A stretch of 51,628 nucleotides of DNA, from the NCBI RefSeq assembly GCF_006345805.1, contig NW_021834527.1, forward strand, positions 1 to 51,628. Reading direction: 5' to 3'. Under the pieces are notes generated by a model. The model made no database searches and was not told where the DNA came from. It was given only the letters and a program-made list of their open reading frames with translations. The position numbers and the translations under genes were made by a program. Positions 26,480-37,766 of the stretch are shown one piece after another; within the stretch, counting starts at the first letter, position 1, and every line of letters starts with the position of its first letter. This DNA is from Octopus sinensis (taxonomy: Eukaryota).

Positions 26480-27450
26480 AAGATTACTTGCTTGTAGATT
26501 TCATTAATTCCGCATTCACTTTAATGATTTGCCATAAATTTTCAGTGGAGGTCACAACTGGAAACTGACCTGACAAAGATAAAGTTTCAAACTTGTGAAC
26601 CCCGAAAAACCTATTGATTAATTTGGTTGCATGATCAAGAACATCTTCCTATAAGTGAGTTTGGGCAGAGTTAGCTGAAGTATCGAGGGATAAGACTTGT
26701 GAACTGCTTTTTGTTACATTCGCAGTGAAAGACTTTGCTGAAATGAGCGACTGGTGCAATACCTACGTATTCGTACCAACATTTTCAAAATAATTAATCA
26801 CAAGATATTTAGCCACAAATAAACATCAGCATTTTAATTTCCTTTATCCAAGCATCTATTACAGTATTCTGAAAAAAGATGAGTGAATCACAGAGACTCA
26901 TGATTTCTGATTGAGGATCAGAAATATTTCTCAACACTGAAATTATAAACCATTTTTGTTTGGTGGGTTATACCATATGACCTTCCTATGCCTGTTGCTT
27001 TTAATGTGTATGTTACGTAAGTTTGGAGAATATTTTATTCTATCTTGATATCGCCTATCTGATAATGTCTCGTGTGGTTACCCCTTGAAGGTGGTTTGCT
27101 CGGAAGATAATGGACCAATTTTCTTATCGGTACTTACATACAAGATGACGTTTTGTAATTGATTGAGTTAGGTTCCGATGAACAAATAGAATGATGTTTT
27201 GTTTCTTCAAAATCCATGTGATGTGAATTGTAGTTTAGTTCAGAGAATTGCAAAGTTGCGTATTCATCTGAAAATGTGCTTCAATCAAGATAGAGCTTAT
27301 AGATCTTTTACAATCAATCGCTATGACATCGTTGATGTGTATATACATAGCTGTGAAGTAACCACAACAAATTGCAAAATAGATCTGGATGATTTTATAC
27401 CTTATTTTGGCAAGGTGATAGTTTGGATTTGTTCAGATGGATTATGTTAA
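26480..27450 (-). mobile_element. Highly decayed PLE fragment (RT thumb to GIY-YIG), Naiad-like
   Basis: Minus-strand peptides NIILFVHRN, RYQDRIKY…SNRHRKVIWYNPP, FQNTV and EYVGIA occur in the expected order. The IWYNPP linker is a motif I associate with Naiad PLEs. Confidence 0.55.
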
Positions 27451-27587
27451 CAGTGAAGAAGCATATACATATTAAAATATTTGTTTTTATATTATAGTAA
27501 AAGCAATTTTACTACTAGAGCTTATAGATCTTTTACGTTTAGTAGAGTATAAATTTATCATTCTTTCACAAGAATTGTATTGGCGAT

Positions 27588-27666
27588 GACTTCGAAGTTT
27601 CAGCCAGCTAAGCTATCATTGAACAGTCCGATGAAGGCTAGGGTGGCCGAAACCTCGAAGTGTCTG
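27588..27666. ncRNA. Head-to-head pair of degenerate hammerhead motifs
   Basis: Plus: CCGATGA-A-GGC..GCC-GAAAC-CTCGAAGTGTC. Minus: …GCTGAAACTTCGAAGTC. Confidence 0.45.
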
Positions 27667-27695
27667 TTAATATTATTTATGTGAAAGTGAATGTA

Positions 27696-27762
<67 letters not shown>

Positions 27763-28268
27763 TTGTTTCCTTTACAGTAATACACGTTATTAGATTATTA
27801 CAGACGCCATGTTTCGATCGACATATTCCACTCCTGTACTTGTACTGCGTTGTAAATAAATTATCCATGTATTTGTAGGCAAGATTGTCAGACACATGAG
27901 TCCCATAATATTTGAATAATTACAGAAACTAATTATTGGTCTTTCAAAACATTTGATGATCTTTACTTATTAAGAGTTACGCAACGGGTGAGTATCAGTG
28001 TAACCACTGGTTACTTAACCACTTGGAGCGTGCGTAACCTTAAATGTATTCGGAATACCAATATCTGGTCTGTCATTATTCATATATGTGTGTGTCTATG
28101 TATCTATGTATATGTATATAGATCTATGTATACATGCATTATATGTACATACACACACTCACGCATGCACACACTCATGTGAGCACATGTGAGAAAATAT
28201 GATGAAGAAAATAGCCCAGAATTGCCAGAAATTTAAATCATTGTATTGTTCCAAAAGAGATTGGTTAC

Positions 28269-28303
28269 GTAAAACTCTGAGTAGCGGTTTGTGAAGATTT
28301 ATT
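28269..28303 (-). CDS. Candidate host-gene exon (35 nt)
   Basis: Acceptor TTATTTGGAGCAG|, donor |GTAACC; reads (Q)INLHKPLLRVL(P); phase 2 to 1. Confidence 0.45.
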
Positions 28304-28389
28304 CTGCTCCAAATAAATATGTTTTTGTGTGTGAGATTGTTAATGCATGTGTGTGAGCATATATGAGTTTCTTTGTATGATTGTGTGCT

Positions 28390-28930
28390 TGTGTATGTAT
28401 GTATGTATGTATGTATGTATGTATGTATGTATGTATGTATGTATGTATGTATTATGTATGTATGTATGTATGTATGTATGTAGGTATGTATGTATGTATG
28501 TAGGTATGTATGTATGTATGTATGTATGTATGTATGTAGGTAGGTAGGTATGTATGTATGTATTATGTATGTATGTTTGTATGAATGTATGCATGCATGC
28601 ACGCATGTATGTATGTATGTATGTATGTATGTTTGTATGTATGTATGTATGTATGTTTGTATGTATGTATGTATGTATGTATGTAGGTATGTATGTATGT
28701 ATGTAGGTATGTATGTATGTATGTATGTATGTATGGTAGGTAGGTAGGTATGTAGGTATGTATGTATGTATGTATGTATGCATGCATGCATGCATGCATG
28801 CATGCATGCATGTATGTATGTATGTTTGTATGAATGTATGCACGCATGCACGCATGTATGTATGTATGTATGTAGGTATGTATGTATGTATGTAGTATGC
28901 ATGCATGTATGTATGTATGTATATATGCAT
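28390..28930. repeat. Compound (TATG)n/(TAGG)n/(CATG)n array
   Basis: Seen directly; includes an internal duplicated block (…TTTGTATGAATGTATGCA…). Confidence 0.95.
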
Positions 28931-28931
28931 G

Positions 28932-29478
28932 TTCAGGTCAGATCACTTTCGAGTGCTACTGGCAGCATGTAACCCAGTACAACCTGTTGCATGGTCGGGT
29001 CGTCGGCGACTAAACTGGCAACCCCACCAAGCTTGCTTGCTGAGGAGGGTGTTTATTGGACACCCTGCGGGATGAAAAACAAAACCCGTCAAAGGGCGGA
29101 GGAACTCTTGAGAGTGAACGGCCATCCAATAAATGTCTTAAGGCTGTATCATGCGCAGGGACATAGAAATAATCGGACTGAATACCCGATCGCGCAGTTA
29201 AACCATTGGGAGTGAAGGACTCCTAGCCTTTGTTAGGGCATCCTTCTAGGAGAAGGTAACTAAGGTAACTGGGATAACTCCGACATAAAACCTGCGACTC
29301 AGTGGTTACCGATGATGTTGACTTGTTCTTCTTTTCGGATTATGGCTGCTGTTGCTTAGTGAGTGGGATTGACTCAGTGCACAGCTTTTCTTCACTTTAA
29401 AAAAAATCTTCTTGCACAGGCATTGCACGATAACGACAATGATTAAGCTTCGTGCAATGGCCATACTCGATGACGAGG
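28932..29478 (+). mobile_element. RTE-like non-autonomous retroelement or 5' UTR derivative
   Basis: TAGGGCATCCTTCTAGGAGAAGGTAAC…AAAACC resembles RTE 5' UTRs. HDV-like fold near the 5' end; no ORF. Confidence 0.5.
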
Positions 29479-29605
29479 CGGCAGACACCATGTATACATG
29501 TATGTATGTATGTATGTATGTATGATGTATGTATGTATGTATGTATGTATGTATGTATGTATGTATGCGTGTGCGTGTTCTATAACTGAGTGCGTGATAG
29601 TATAC

Positions 29606-29660
29606 TGAGCGTAGAAGCTGCAATATTTTCTTGCGTGAATTGCAAAGCGTATTTGCAAAG
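29606..29660 (-). CDS. Candidate host-gene exon (55 nt)
   Basis: Very strong acceptor TGTTTTATTTTCTTAG|, weak donor |GTATAC; reads LQIRFAIHARKYCSFYA(Q); phase 1 to 2. Confidence 0.45.
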
Positions 29661-29920
29661 CTAAGAAAATAAAACAGTGACTCGTTTTCAGCAAAGATTT
29701 ACTTATCTACCATGGAACTCATTTGCATATTTATGCATATTCATCTACTTCTCAAGCATTCACAGTGATTTACCAAACTTCCCTATTTTCAATATCTTTG
29801 GCATACGTCCGTCTTTATAATTACTTCTGTTTATCTATATTAATGGATGTCCCAACTCCGTTACTCATCCTTATTCTGCTACAGTAATATTTTCTACTAC
29901 GTATGATAGTTGTCTTTTGT

Positions 29921-29937
29921 AATAATAATAATGATAA

Positions 29938-29974
<37 letters not shown>

Positions 29975-30054
29975 TAATAATAATAATATTAATAATAATA
30001 ATAATATAATAATAATAATAATAATGATATAATAATGATGATGATAATAATAAT

Positions 30055-30087
<33 letters not shown>

Positions 30088-30100
30088 AATAATAATGATG

Positions 30101-30139
<39 letters not shown>

Positions 30140-30245
30140 TTAATAATATAATAATAATAATAATAATAATAATTAATAATAATAATAATAATTAATAATA
30201 ATAATAATAATGATAATAATAATAATAATAATAATAATGATAATA

Positions 30246-30316
<71 letters not shown>

Positions 30317-30335
30317 TAATAATAATGATATAATA

Positions 30336-30367
<32 letters not shown>

Positions 30368-30416
30368 TAATAATAATAATAATAAAATAATAATAATAAT
30401 AATAATGATGATGATG

Positions 30417-30487
<71 letters not shown>
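29921..30487. repeat. Degenerate (TAA)n microsatellite
   Basis: Seen directly. Confidence 0.95.
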
Positions 30488-30820
30488 TGGCTGGAACCGT
30501 GAAAACTTCAGGGAAAACAAAAAATGTAAGCATCTGTAAATAGTGACTTCATTTAATAACAATCGAATAATTATGTATAAGCAGGACTCTTGGAAATTCT
30601 ACGAAATATAAAAAATGTAAGCATCTTTAAAAGTAACATCCAATTATAATGTAGAAAAGTAAAAGTAATATCTAATATTGGCTGAGGACCCAGAATATAG
30701 AATACGGGAATTAATTATATTGTAGGTTGTGAGTCTGTGCACTCTGAAAATACTGATAAACATTTAAAAAGACAAAGCGAACGCCACCTTCCTTTCAGTC
30801 ACCACTCACTCTCTATCTAG

Positions 30821-31197
30821 TGGAGGCGCAATGGCCCAATGGTTAGGGCAGCGGACTCGCGGTCATAGGATCGCGGTTTCGATTCCCAGACCGGACGTTG
30901 TGAGTGTTTATTGAACGAAAACACCTCCACGAGGCTCCGGCAGGGGATGGTGGTGATCCCTGCTGTACTCTTTCACCACAACTTTCTCTCACTCTAACTT
31001 CCTGTTTCTGTTGTACCTGTATTTCAAGGGGCCGGCCTTGTCATTCTCTGTGTCACGCTGAATATCCCCGAGAACTACGTTAAGGGTACACGTGTCTGTG
31101 GAGTGCTCAGCCACTTACACGTTAATTTCACGAGCAGGCTGTTCCATTGATCGGATCAACCGGAACCCTCGTCGTCGTAACCGACGGAGTGCTTCCA
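30821..31197 (+). mobile_element. tRNA-derived SINE family C, full length with TSD
   Basis: A box TGGCCCAATGG, B box GGTTTCGATTCC; flanking duplication ACTCTCTATCT at 30808-30818 and 31197-31207. Confidence 0.9.
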
Positions 31198-31319
31198 CTC
31201 TCTATCTCTTTCTCTTTCACCCCCTCTTTGTCCCTCCTTTCCCTCGCTCTGCCACTCACTACAACTGTATCTTCTCTGCTTAACACTTTTTATTTTTTCT
31301 TTCTTTCTACCTCTCCCTT

Positions 31320-32790
31320 CAACTGTAGAAAAGTAACTGTAACATCCAGCCAGCGCACCCTCCACATTAGAAACTCCTCCTCCTGCACTCCTTCCAGTCT
31401 TATCCATTGCATTAGATGTAATCTCTGCAATAAGCTGCACAACGGTCTGCCGGACCGCCGGCTGGCCGACCGATTCACTGAACATCTATAAGATGTTCGG
31501 CTACACACGAGCACCCCCGTCGCCCGTCATTTCCGCTTGGCTAACCACTCCACCTCTAATATCTCCGTCTTCGGCATCGCCCTGCTCCACGAATCCACAC
31601 ACTCCCAACTCCGCCGGGAATAGTGTTACATTTTCAGTCTACAAACATAAACTCCTTTCGGACTCAACCCCTCCTTTCAATGACTGTCTCAACGCCCTCC
31701 TTAAAAAATAACTATTTATCCTATTTTATATTCACTCAGTTTTTTGCACTTTTATTTGTTGTTTTCGATTTTTCATCGTTTTTTCCGTCGTAATTATTTT
31801 TATCCTTTTATTTCATTTTATCTATTTATTACCATTTTTTCTTTTTTTATTGTATTATCTTTTTGTAATTGTATTAATTTCTAATTTATCCCTTTATTTT
31901 TTTAATCTTGTAGCTGTTATTTTTTTATTATTTTTTATTATGTTTCATTTTTATTTTTTGTATTTTTTCCTTTTACTCGATTATTTTTATCAATCTTATT
32001 TTATTTTACTTTTATATGCACACACAAGCACACATACATACACAGTACATACACACACGCACACATACACGCATGCACACACACATGAACGCACATATAC
32101 CACCCATACACACCACACATTCACACACAGCACACACACATACATACACCCACACACACCCTTCAGAGTGCCAGTAGCTAATCCTTTCTACTGACCATTC
32201 CATGTGAAGACACGCACAACTACACAAAAGACCACCACTTCGGTTACCATGGCTGCTGAATTCTTCCTACACCATTAGCAGACGCATATAAACAGTTATA
32301 ACCACACATACAACACACACAGTTACCACCACTCGCATACATACACATGCACTCAGTTACAGCCACACCCACACACACACAAAGACACACATACACATGA
32401 TATTACACAGACGGACATAGACATTTAGTATTTCTTATTTTGATAATCAGTGAATAGACTTCACTGAATTATAGATATATACAATACGAAGTTGAGACAA
32501 ATATCGCCGGCTGACCGGTGTCTGCTACTCTAGGCCGATGAAGGACAATGATCCTGAAACACGTGTCCCTAGATGCAGTTCCGGCGGCCGGGGGTGTTTG
32601 TCTCCCCTTCGTAAATGTATATAAGGACACAGGGAAAAATGTGTCAAAGCCATCAGGAGGCGTTCGATGCTTCCTAGGGCTATACAGCGGTGGTGTACCC
32701 CCTACTGTCACGTTCGTGTTAGATTGACAGTATACAACCATTCTATCGCCCCACCACCGTACATGTCTCTACGAGAGATTTAGAAATTTA
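31320..32790 (+). mobile_element. 5'-truncated Neptune-like PLE: decayed GIY-YIG domain and long 3' UTR with hammerhead
   Basis: SSCTPSSLIHCIRCNLCNKL…RRLADRFTEHL*…PVARHF…IFSLQT*TPFGLN (CCHH-type GIY-YIG); HHR at 32529-32573. Confidence 0.8.
32529..32573 (+). ncRNA. Type I hammerhead ribozyme, U4C core variant
   Basis: TCTAGG-CCGATGA-AGGA-CAATGA-TCCT-GAAAC-ACGT-GTC-CCTAGA: 6-bp stem I, 4-bp stem II, palindromic stem III ACACGUGU, GUC site. Confidence 0.75.
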
Positions 32791-32796
32791 GTATTT

Positions 32797-32892
<96 letters not shown>

Positions 32893-32924
32893 CACGTGTA
32901 TATATGTGTATGTATGTATTTATG

Positions 32925-33110
32925 CATCTGTGTTTGTCTCCCCCCCCCCCTCATTATCGCTTGACAACCGATCTTGATGTGTTTATGTCCCCAAATCTTA
33001 GCGGTAGAAAATGTATTTACAAAGACTAAGTCATTGGGTCGATTTGTTTGACTAAAGGCAGTGCTCCAGCATGGCCGCAGTCAAAATGACTGAAACAAGT
33101 AAAACAAAAT
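32925..33110 (+). mobile_element. SINE family A, 3' half
   Basis: ATCGCTTGACAACCG…CAGCATGGCCGCAGTC…TGACTGAAAC. Confidence 0.8.
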
Positions 33111-33635
33111 ATAACCGAATGTAGCTGTGACAATAGGTACAAATAGGAACCCATAGTCAGGGTACAAGAGTTGTAAGTTCCGCATTAATTCGCCATAAAA
33201 TATCCTTTTTTTCCTGGACTTTTGATTCTCCACTCACATTTCTGATGGGAAGCTGACCGCTACAACAGCGCACGACTTTTGTTCCCTGCACCACAGAAAA
33301 ATATCAGATCTATTATGTTTTCACCGAATTGCTGTTTTGGGTTTTTTTTTTACTAGAATATGCCACCAGTATTCCTTGTTTTTACAGGTGTGAGAACCTG
33401 GTGGTTCTGACATGCCTTTGATGTATACGCCAGGGCAGTCTTTCCTGCTGATAGCATTGTCAATAGTTTTTGCAACTATATCATGCCTTAGGGGCAGATA
33501 ATATCTCAGACATTTTGGGGACGCTGATGATGATGTGAGTGATATCTTTCACACTGGAATCTCAGAGACGATAAATTTTATCACAACATGGAGGTTTGGT
33601 GCGGGCGCTGGTATGGCTATCTTCTGCAAATATTG
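33111..33635 (-). mobile_element. Decayed RLE-type non-LTR retrotransposon fragment (Zn knuckle and PD-(D/E)xK nuclease)
   Basis: Minus-strand remnants DITHII…PKMS-RYYLPLRHDIVAKT, EYWW, KHNRSDIFLW and YGELMRNLQLLYPDYGFLFVPIV. Confidence 0.75.
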
Positions 33636-34105
33636 ATATATTAAGTACTAGATTTAAAGAGTAAGAAAGAAATATTATATAGAAGATTCCAGTAATATAC
33701 ATATAAATTCAAGTCGATATGGGTGTAAGGAATGTGTGTTAAACACTCTAGTAAACAATTTACTAGAGTGATGAAGTTGTCATAGAATTTGTGTAAAAGA
33801 GTGGTTGACAACAATACACGAGCTATTAGCTTACGCAATATATACAATGCATATATATATATATTTATAAATAAGGATAATATCGATATTTAAATATCGA
33901 TATTATCAAGTGGCCAGCATGGGAATAAATACCATACAAAGGTAATAATTTTTCACAACTATAAATAAGGGTATCTGAGAGACACCACCATGCCGAAATA
34001 GCAGTCAAACCCTGACTCTAAAAACCACCTAAAATGTTTATATCGCACTACAAGATAAGGCAGAGAGACAAAATAAACTAGCAAAAAAAAAGGTTTTACT
34101 GGATA

Positions 34106-34164
34106 ATTCAAGATCCTGGATTTCTAGCTTTGCTTCAAATAAGCTCTGCCTTCGTCAGTTAAAT
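34106..34164 (-). ncRNA. Type I hammerhead ribozyme (canonical core) in a PLE-like derivative (~33868-34335)
   Basis: ATTTAA-CTGACGA-A-GGC…GCT-A-GAA-ATCCAGGAT-C-TTGAAT: 6-bp stem I, near-palindromic stem III, AUC site. Confidence 0.6.
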
Positions 34165-34331
34165 ATATCAGATGGGCACATAAATACAAATATATATATA
34201 TACAGAACACACGTTATACTTACATATACGAACGTCCAAACATACATATATATGCACTTATGTACAAGATCAGAATTAAAATGCCCACCAACCACCTCGT
34301 AAGGGCGATATAGTCAAAATAAACACCGCAG

Positions 34332-34370
<39 letters not shown>

Positions 34371-34375
<5 letters not shown>

Positions 34376-35001
34376 ATTTGTAAAAAATGAAATTCGAAAA
34401 TGCTGCTATATTAGATTAATTTTTAATTTCTATATATACATTATTTATTTAACATGTTTCGGTTCTTGAAATGATGAACCTTATCAAAAAAAATTATATA
34501 TAAAAAAGACAGTTCATGCTATCAAATATAAAAAATTCATATATAATATACAATAGAGTCAGTCATCACAAGTTCATATATAGTGAAGTGAGTTCATGCT
34601 ATATGTTTATAAAAAAGATAGTTCATGCTATTAAATATAAAAAATTCATATATAATATACAATAGAGTCAGACATCAAAAGTTCATATATAGTGAAGTGA
34701 GTTCATGCCATATGTTTATAGAGTATGATGCAGTGGTTCATAGTGGTGATATGCATTCAATATAAAAAATAGTTCATAGTGGTGATGTGCAGTCAATATA
34801 AAAAATTGATGTTCTTGAAAGAGCGAGGAATTCATTTTAGATTTTACCTTGAGCAACTGTGATGACTTTTGGTCGGTGTCCGCTGGACAGTTCTGGCGAA
34901 CCTTGTGAATTGTTTGGGTTTTATATCACCTGTTAGGTGGCCAGTACAGCGGAACGTGACGTCATCAACGTTTTGACTAATCGTTTCGTTAGGTGGCTAG
35001 T
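34371..35001 (-). repeat. 3' pseudo-LTR of the PLE (contains an internal ~110-bp tandem duplication at 34502-34720)
   Basis: Nearly identical to 39190-39821. Confidence 0.9.
34448..34490 (-). ncRNA. Minimal hammerhead ribozyme, U3-A8 core variant (3' pLTR)
   Basis: TTT-TTGATAA-GGTTC-ATCATTTCAA-GAACC-GAAAC-AT-GTT-AAA; palindromic stem III ACAUGU; weak stem I. Confidence 0.65.
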
Positions 35002-35330
35002 CAAGCAGAACGGAACGTCATCAATATTCTGACCAATCCCGACCTATAGCTGTATTAGATCTGCCCCTTGTCAGTATCCTGTTAGGTGGCTAGTCAAGCA
35101 GAACGGGACGTCATCAATATTCTGACCAATCCCGACCTATAGCTGTATTAGATCTGCCCCTTGTCTGTATCCTGTTAGGTGGCCAGTCCAGCGTAACGGG
35201 ACGTCTTCACTGTTTTGACCAATCGTCCCGTTAGGTGGCCAGTCTAGCAGAACGAGATGTCATCAATGTATTGACCAATCCGAATCGGGTCTGACCCTTA
35301 GCTGTATCGTATGTGGCCAGTCCATCAGGA
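34929..35330. promoter_or_regulatory. Tandem ~55-bp units with CRE-like (TGACGTCA/ACGTCA) and CCAAT motifs in the PLE 3' UTR/pLTR
   Basis: Five to six GTTAGGTGGC(C/T)AGT…ACGTCATCA…TGACCAATC units, including a near-exact 93-bp duplication. The promoter role is inferred. Confidence 0.45.
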
Positions 35331-35468
35331 TTAGATCTGTTCGAAGAGATCTTTTTATAAATTTTTTCCCTTTTCCCTAAGACATATTTCCGTCAGTGTG
35401 AGTGACTGTTTAAGGTAGCGGCCGTGGTGGAATTTTGCTTCTCCTTTTCGGAGGACCAATCTTTTGTT

Positions 35469-37766
35469 TTAATATTCCTGGCCCAGGGTGTTTAAACTTG
35501 GTCTAAATTTTTTGATGAAATACAGTTCTTTATTTTGGCGTTGCGTGAAGGTTGCGTTGTCACTGAATTTATAAAGCGGGTAAGTTGTAAATTTCGGATT
35601 TACATTTCCAGCACATCTATCTATGTGTCCGCTGACCGGTATTTTCCGGTATTCAGGGTTTCTAATTTGTGATTTATGCACCGCCATCCTGTTACGTAAG
35701 CTATTTTTTGTATGGCTTATATACTGCCTATTGCAGCCTGCGCATGTTATGACGTAAATTAAGTTTTCTGATGCGCAGGTGAAGTTTGCTCTAATGGTGA
35801 ACTGGTGGCCTTGTTCTAGTATAAATTCTGAACCTTCTATCAAGATGACACAGATTCCGCAGTTGGGCCTTCCACATTTTCTAACTGCTGGTTTTGTGGT
35901 TGATGTTGAGTGCAGTTTAGCTTGGGTTAAAATCCTTTTCAAGGATTTTGGTTGCCGTTTACTTTTAATGATGGTGTGTGTTTCGAGGATCCGGTTCATC
36001 TTTTGGTCTCCCTTTAGTAGGGCTGTGCTTTGTAGTATGGTGCTGAAGGCCTCATTGTTGAGTGGGTTGTGTGTAGAGATGTAGGGAAGGGTTTTTAATT
36101 GTTCTTTCTTTTTTGGTTTTGTTTGTCTCAGGTCTTCTATACTTAATTTGAGTGCCCTTTGGATTGCACTGTCTATTAGGGGCTGTGGATAGTTTCTATT
36201 TGTGAGTGTGGTTCTAAGTTCCTGGAGACGTGTGTGTCGGGTGTTTGTGTCTGATATTATGGTGCAGATCCTTCTAGCTAAACAAAAAGGGACATTTATT
36301 CTAGTGTGTCGTGGGTGGCATGAATCAAAGGGTAGGTATTGCTTGGAGTCTATCGGTTTATAGTAGATATCTGTCTCTATTTTTTTGCCGGTTTTCTTAA
36401 TGAGGATGTCTAAAAATGGTAATTCTTTTTCGTTGTGATCCATCGTGAATTGTATATTATCATTTATTCCATTTAATAGTATTTTAAATTCCTCAAGTTT
36501 CTCTATACCTTTGTCCCAGATGATGAAACAGTCATCGAGGTATCTTTTCCAGTTGTTATGGATATAGGTGGCGAAGGTGTTTCCAAATTTCTCGAGTGTT
36601 ATCTGGTAGAGTATTTTCTCGAGGTATCCCATCACTAGGTTGGCAAAAGATGGTGCAGTACGCGTGCCCATCGCTGTTCCCGATCTTTGTCTGTAGAAAT
36701 TATTGTCAAAAATAAAGTAATTGTTCTCTAAAATAAATCTAAGTCCTTCTATTATAAGGTCTTTGTTTATGCGAGTTGGGAGTTCAAAGGGGTAGTTATT
36801 CAGCCAGAAGGTGATCGCTTCTATTCCTAGGCTGTGAGGGATGTTAGAATAAAGATTAACTACGTCGAATGATACTAGAAGGGTTTTCTCATTGACTGTT
36901 TTAGGGAGGTGGTTGAGCATATCTATATCGTCTCTTACGTAGCTTTTGATGTGTTTTAGGAAAGGTTTAAGAAGTGTGTCTAAGAAACTGCTGAGGCGGT
37001 GAGTCTCACATGCAGGCCCTGCTATTATCGGTCTAAGTTTAAGATCATTTGGTGAAGGGATTTTGATGAGTATATCGGTGGATGTTTTGCACGTTTCTCT
37101 AATTATTTAGCTTTTGTGTACTTTAGGGATACCATAGAACAAACTCGATTTGCATTTGAAGTTAGTGATGTATTCATACTCCTTGTCCGTGAGTCCTTCT
37201 CGGTATGTGTTGATTAATGTCCTAAGGTTATGCATTATTTTTTGCTGATTATACTGTTGGGCCCTTTCATAATACGTTTCATCTCTTAATAGGGATAGCA
37301 CTAAATTTTTATAATCGTTTGTATTCATTATTACTATCGCGTTGCCCTTATCTGCCTCCTTAATTGTTATTGCTTTGTCTTCTCTTAGTTTGATGAGGTC
37401 GTTCCATTCTCTTTCGTTGAAGTTAGGGCTGTGTTTTTGTTTCTTGATGAATTGAAACGGGAAATTAGTTATGTAGTCACAATAGCGGTCTAAGGCTTTA
37501 TTCTTTCCCTTGGTGGGGGTGTAATTGCTCTTGTTTCTAGCTATTGAATCCTCCTCTTTTTGTTTGTCTTGAAATTCCTCGGTGAGTCTTAGTTTTCTGC
37601 AAAATTCCGAAATATCATCTTTCATTTCATAGTAATTGGAACGTTGTGGGGTTGGTGTAAATTTAAGTCCTTTGGAGAGTATGCTTATTTCGTTAGGTGT
37701 AAGTTCTTTGTTTGAGAGATTGATTATCTTAATTACCTGAGGTTTCTTTTGTTTGTCCTTTGCCAT
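35469..37766 (-). pseudogene. PLE ORF2: reverse transcriptase plus GIY-YIG endonuclease, with a single in-frame TAA at 37107-37109
   Basis: INLSNKELTPNEISILSKGLKFTP, ADKGNAIV, PKVHKS*IIRE…LRPIIAGP, SFDVVNLYSNIP, GTAMGT, RYLDD, LPFLD, CxxxxCxxC linker and LIYVITCxxCxxxYIS (YIG altered). The two track ORFs are in the same frame. Confidence 0.9.

Noticed and set aside
27138-27267. Minus-strand exon-like segment (TTTTCAG|…|GTAAGT) with an open frame
   Set aside because: It lies inside the decayed PLE coding remnant and is not needed for the exon chain.
26600-27450. Plus-strand hAT dimerisation-domain-like remnant and the 83-aa ORF at 27199-27450
   Set aside because: Only a vague resemblance; the minus strand gives ordered PLE motifs that explain the region better.
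30821-30895. tRNA gene calls at SINE heads (also 12185, 13067, 26032 and others)
   Set aside because: A and B boxes are present but there is no proper cloverleaf, and they continue into SINE bodies.
34929-35330. CRISPR-like repeat-spacer appearance
   Set aside because: Eukaryotic context, degenerate tandem units, duplicated spacers and no cas genes.
37107-37109. In-frame stop in the RT as programmed recoding (e.g. selenocysteine)
   Set aside because: The codon is TAA, not TGA, and is most simply a point mutation in a decaying copy.
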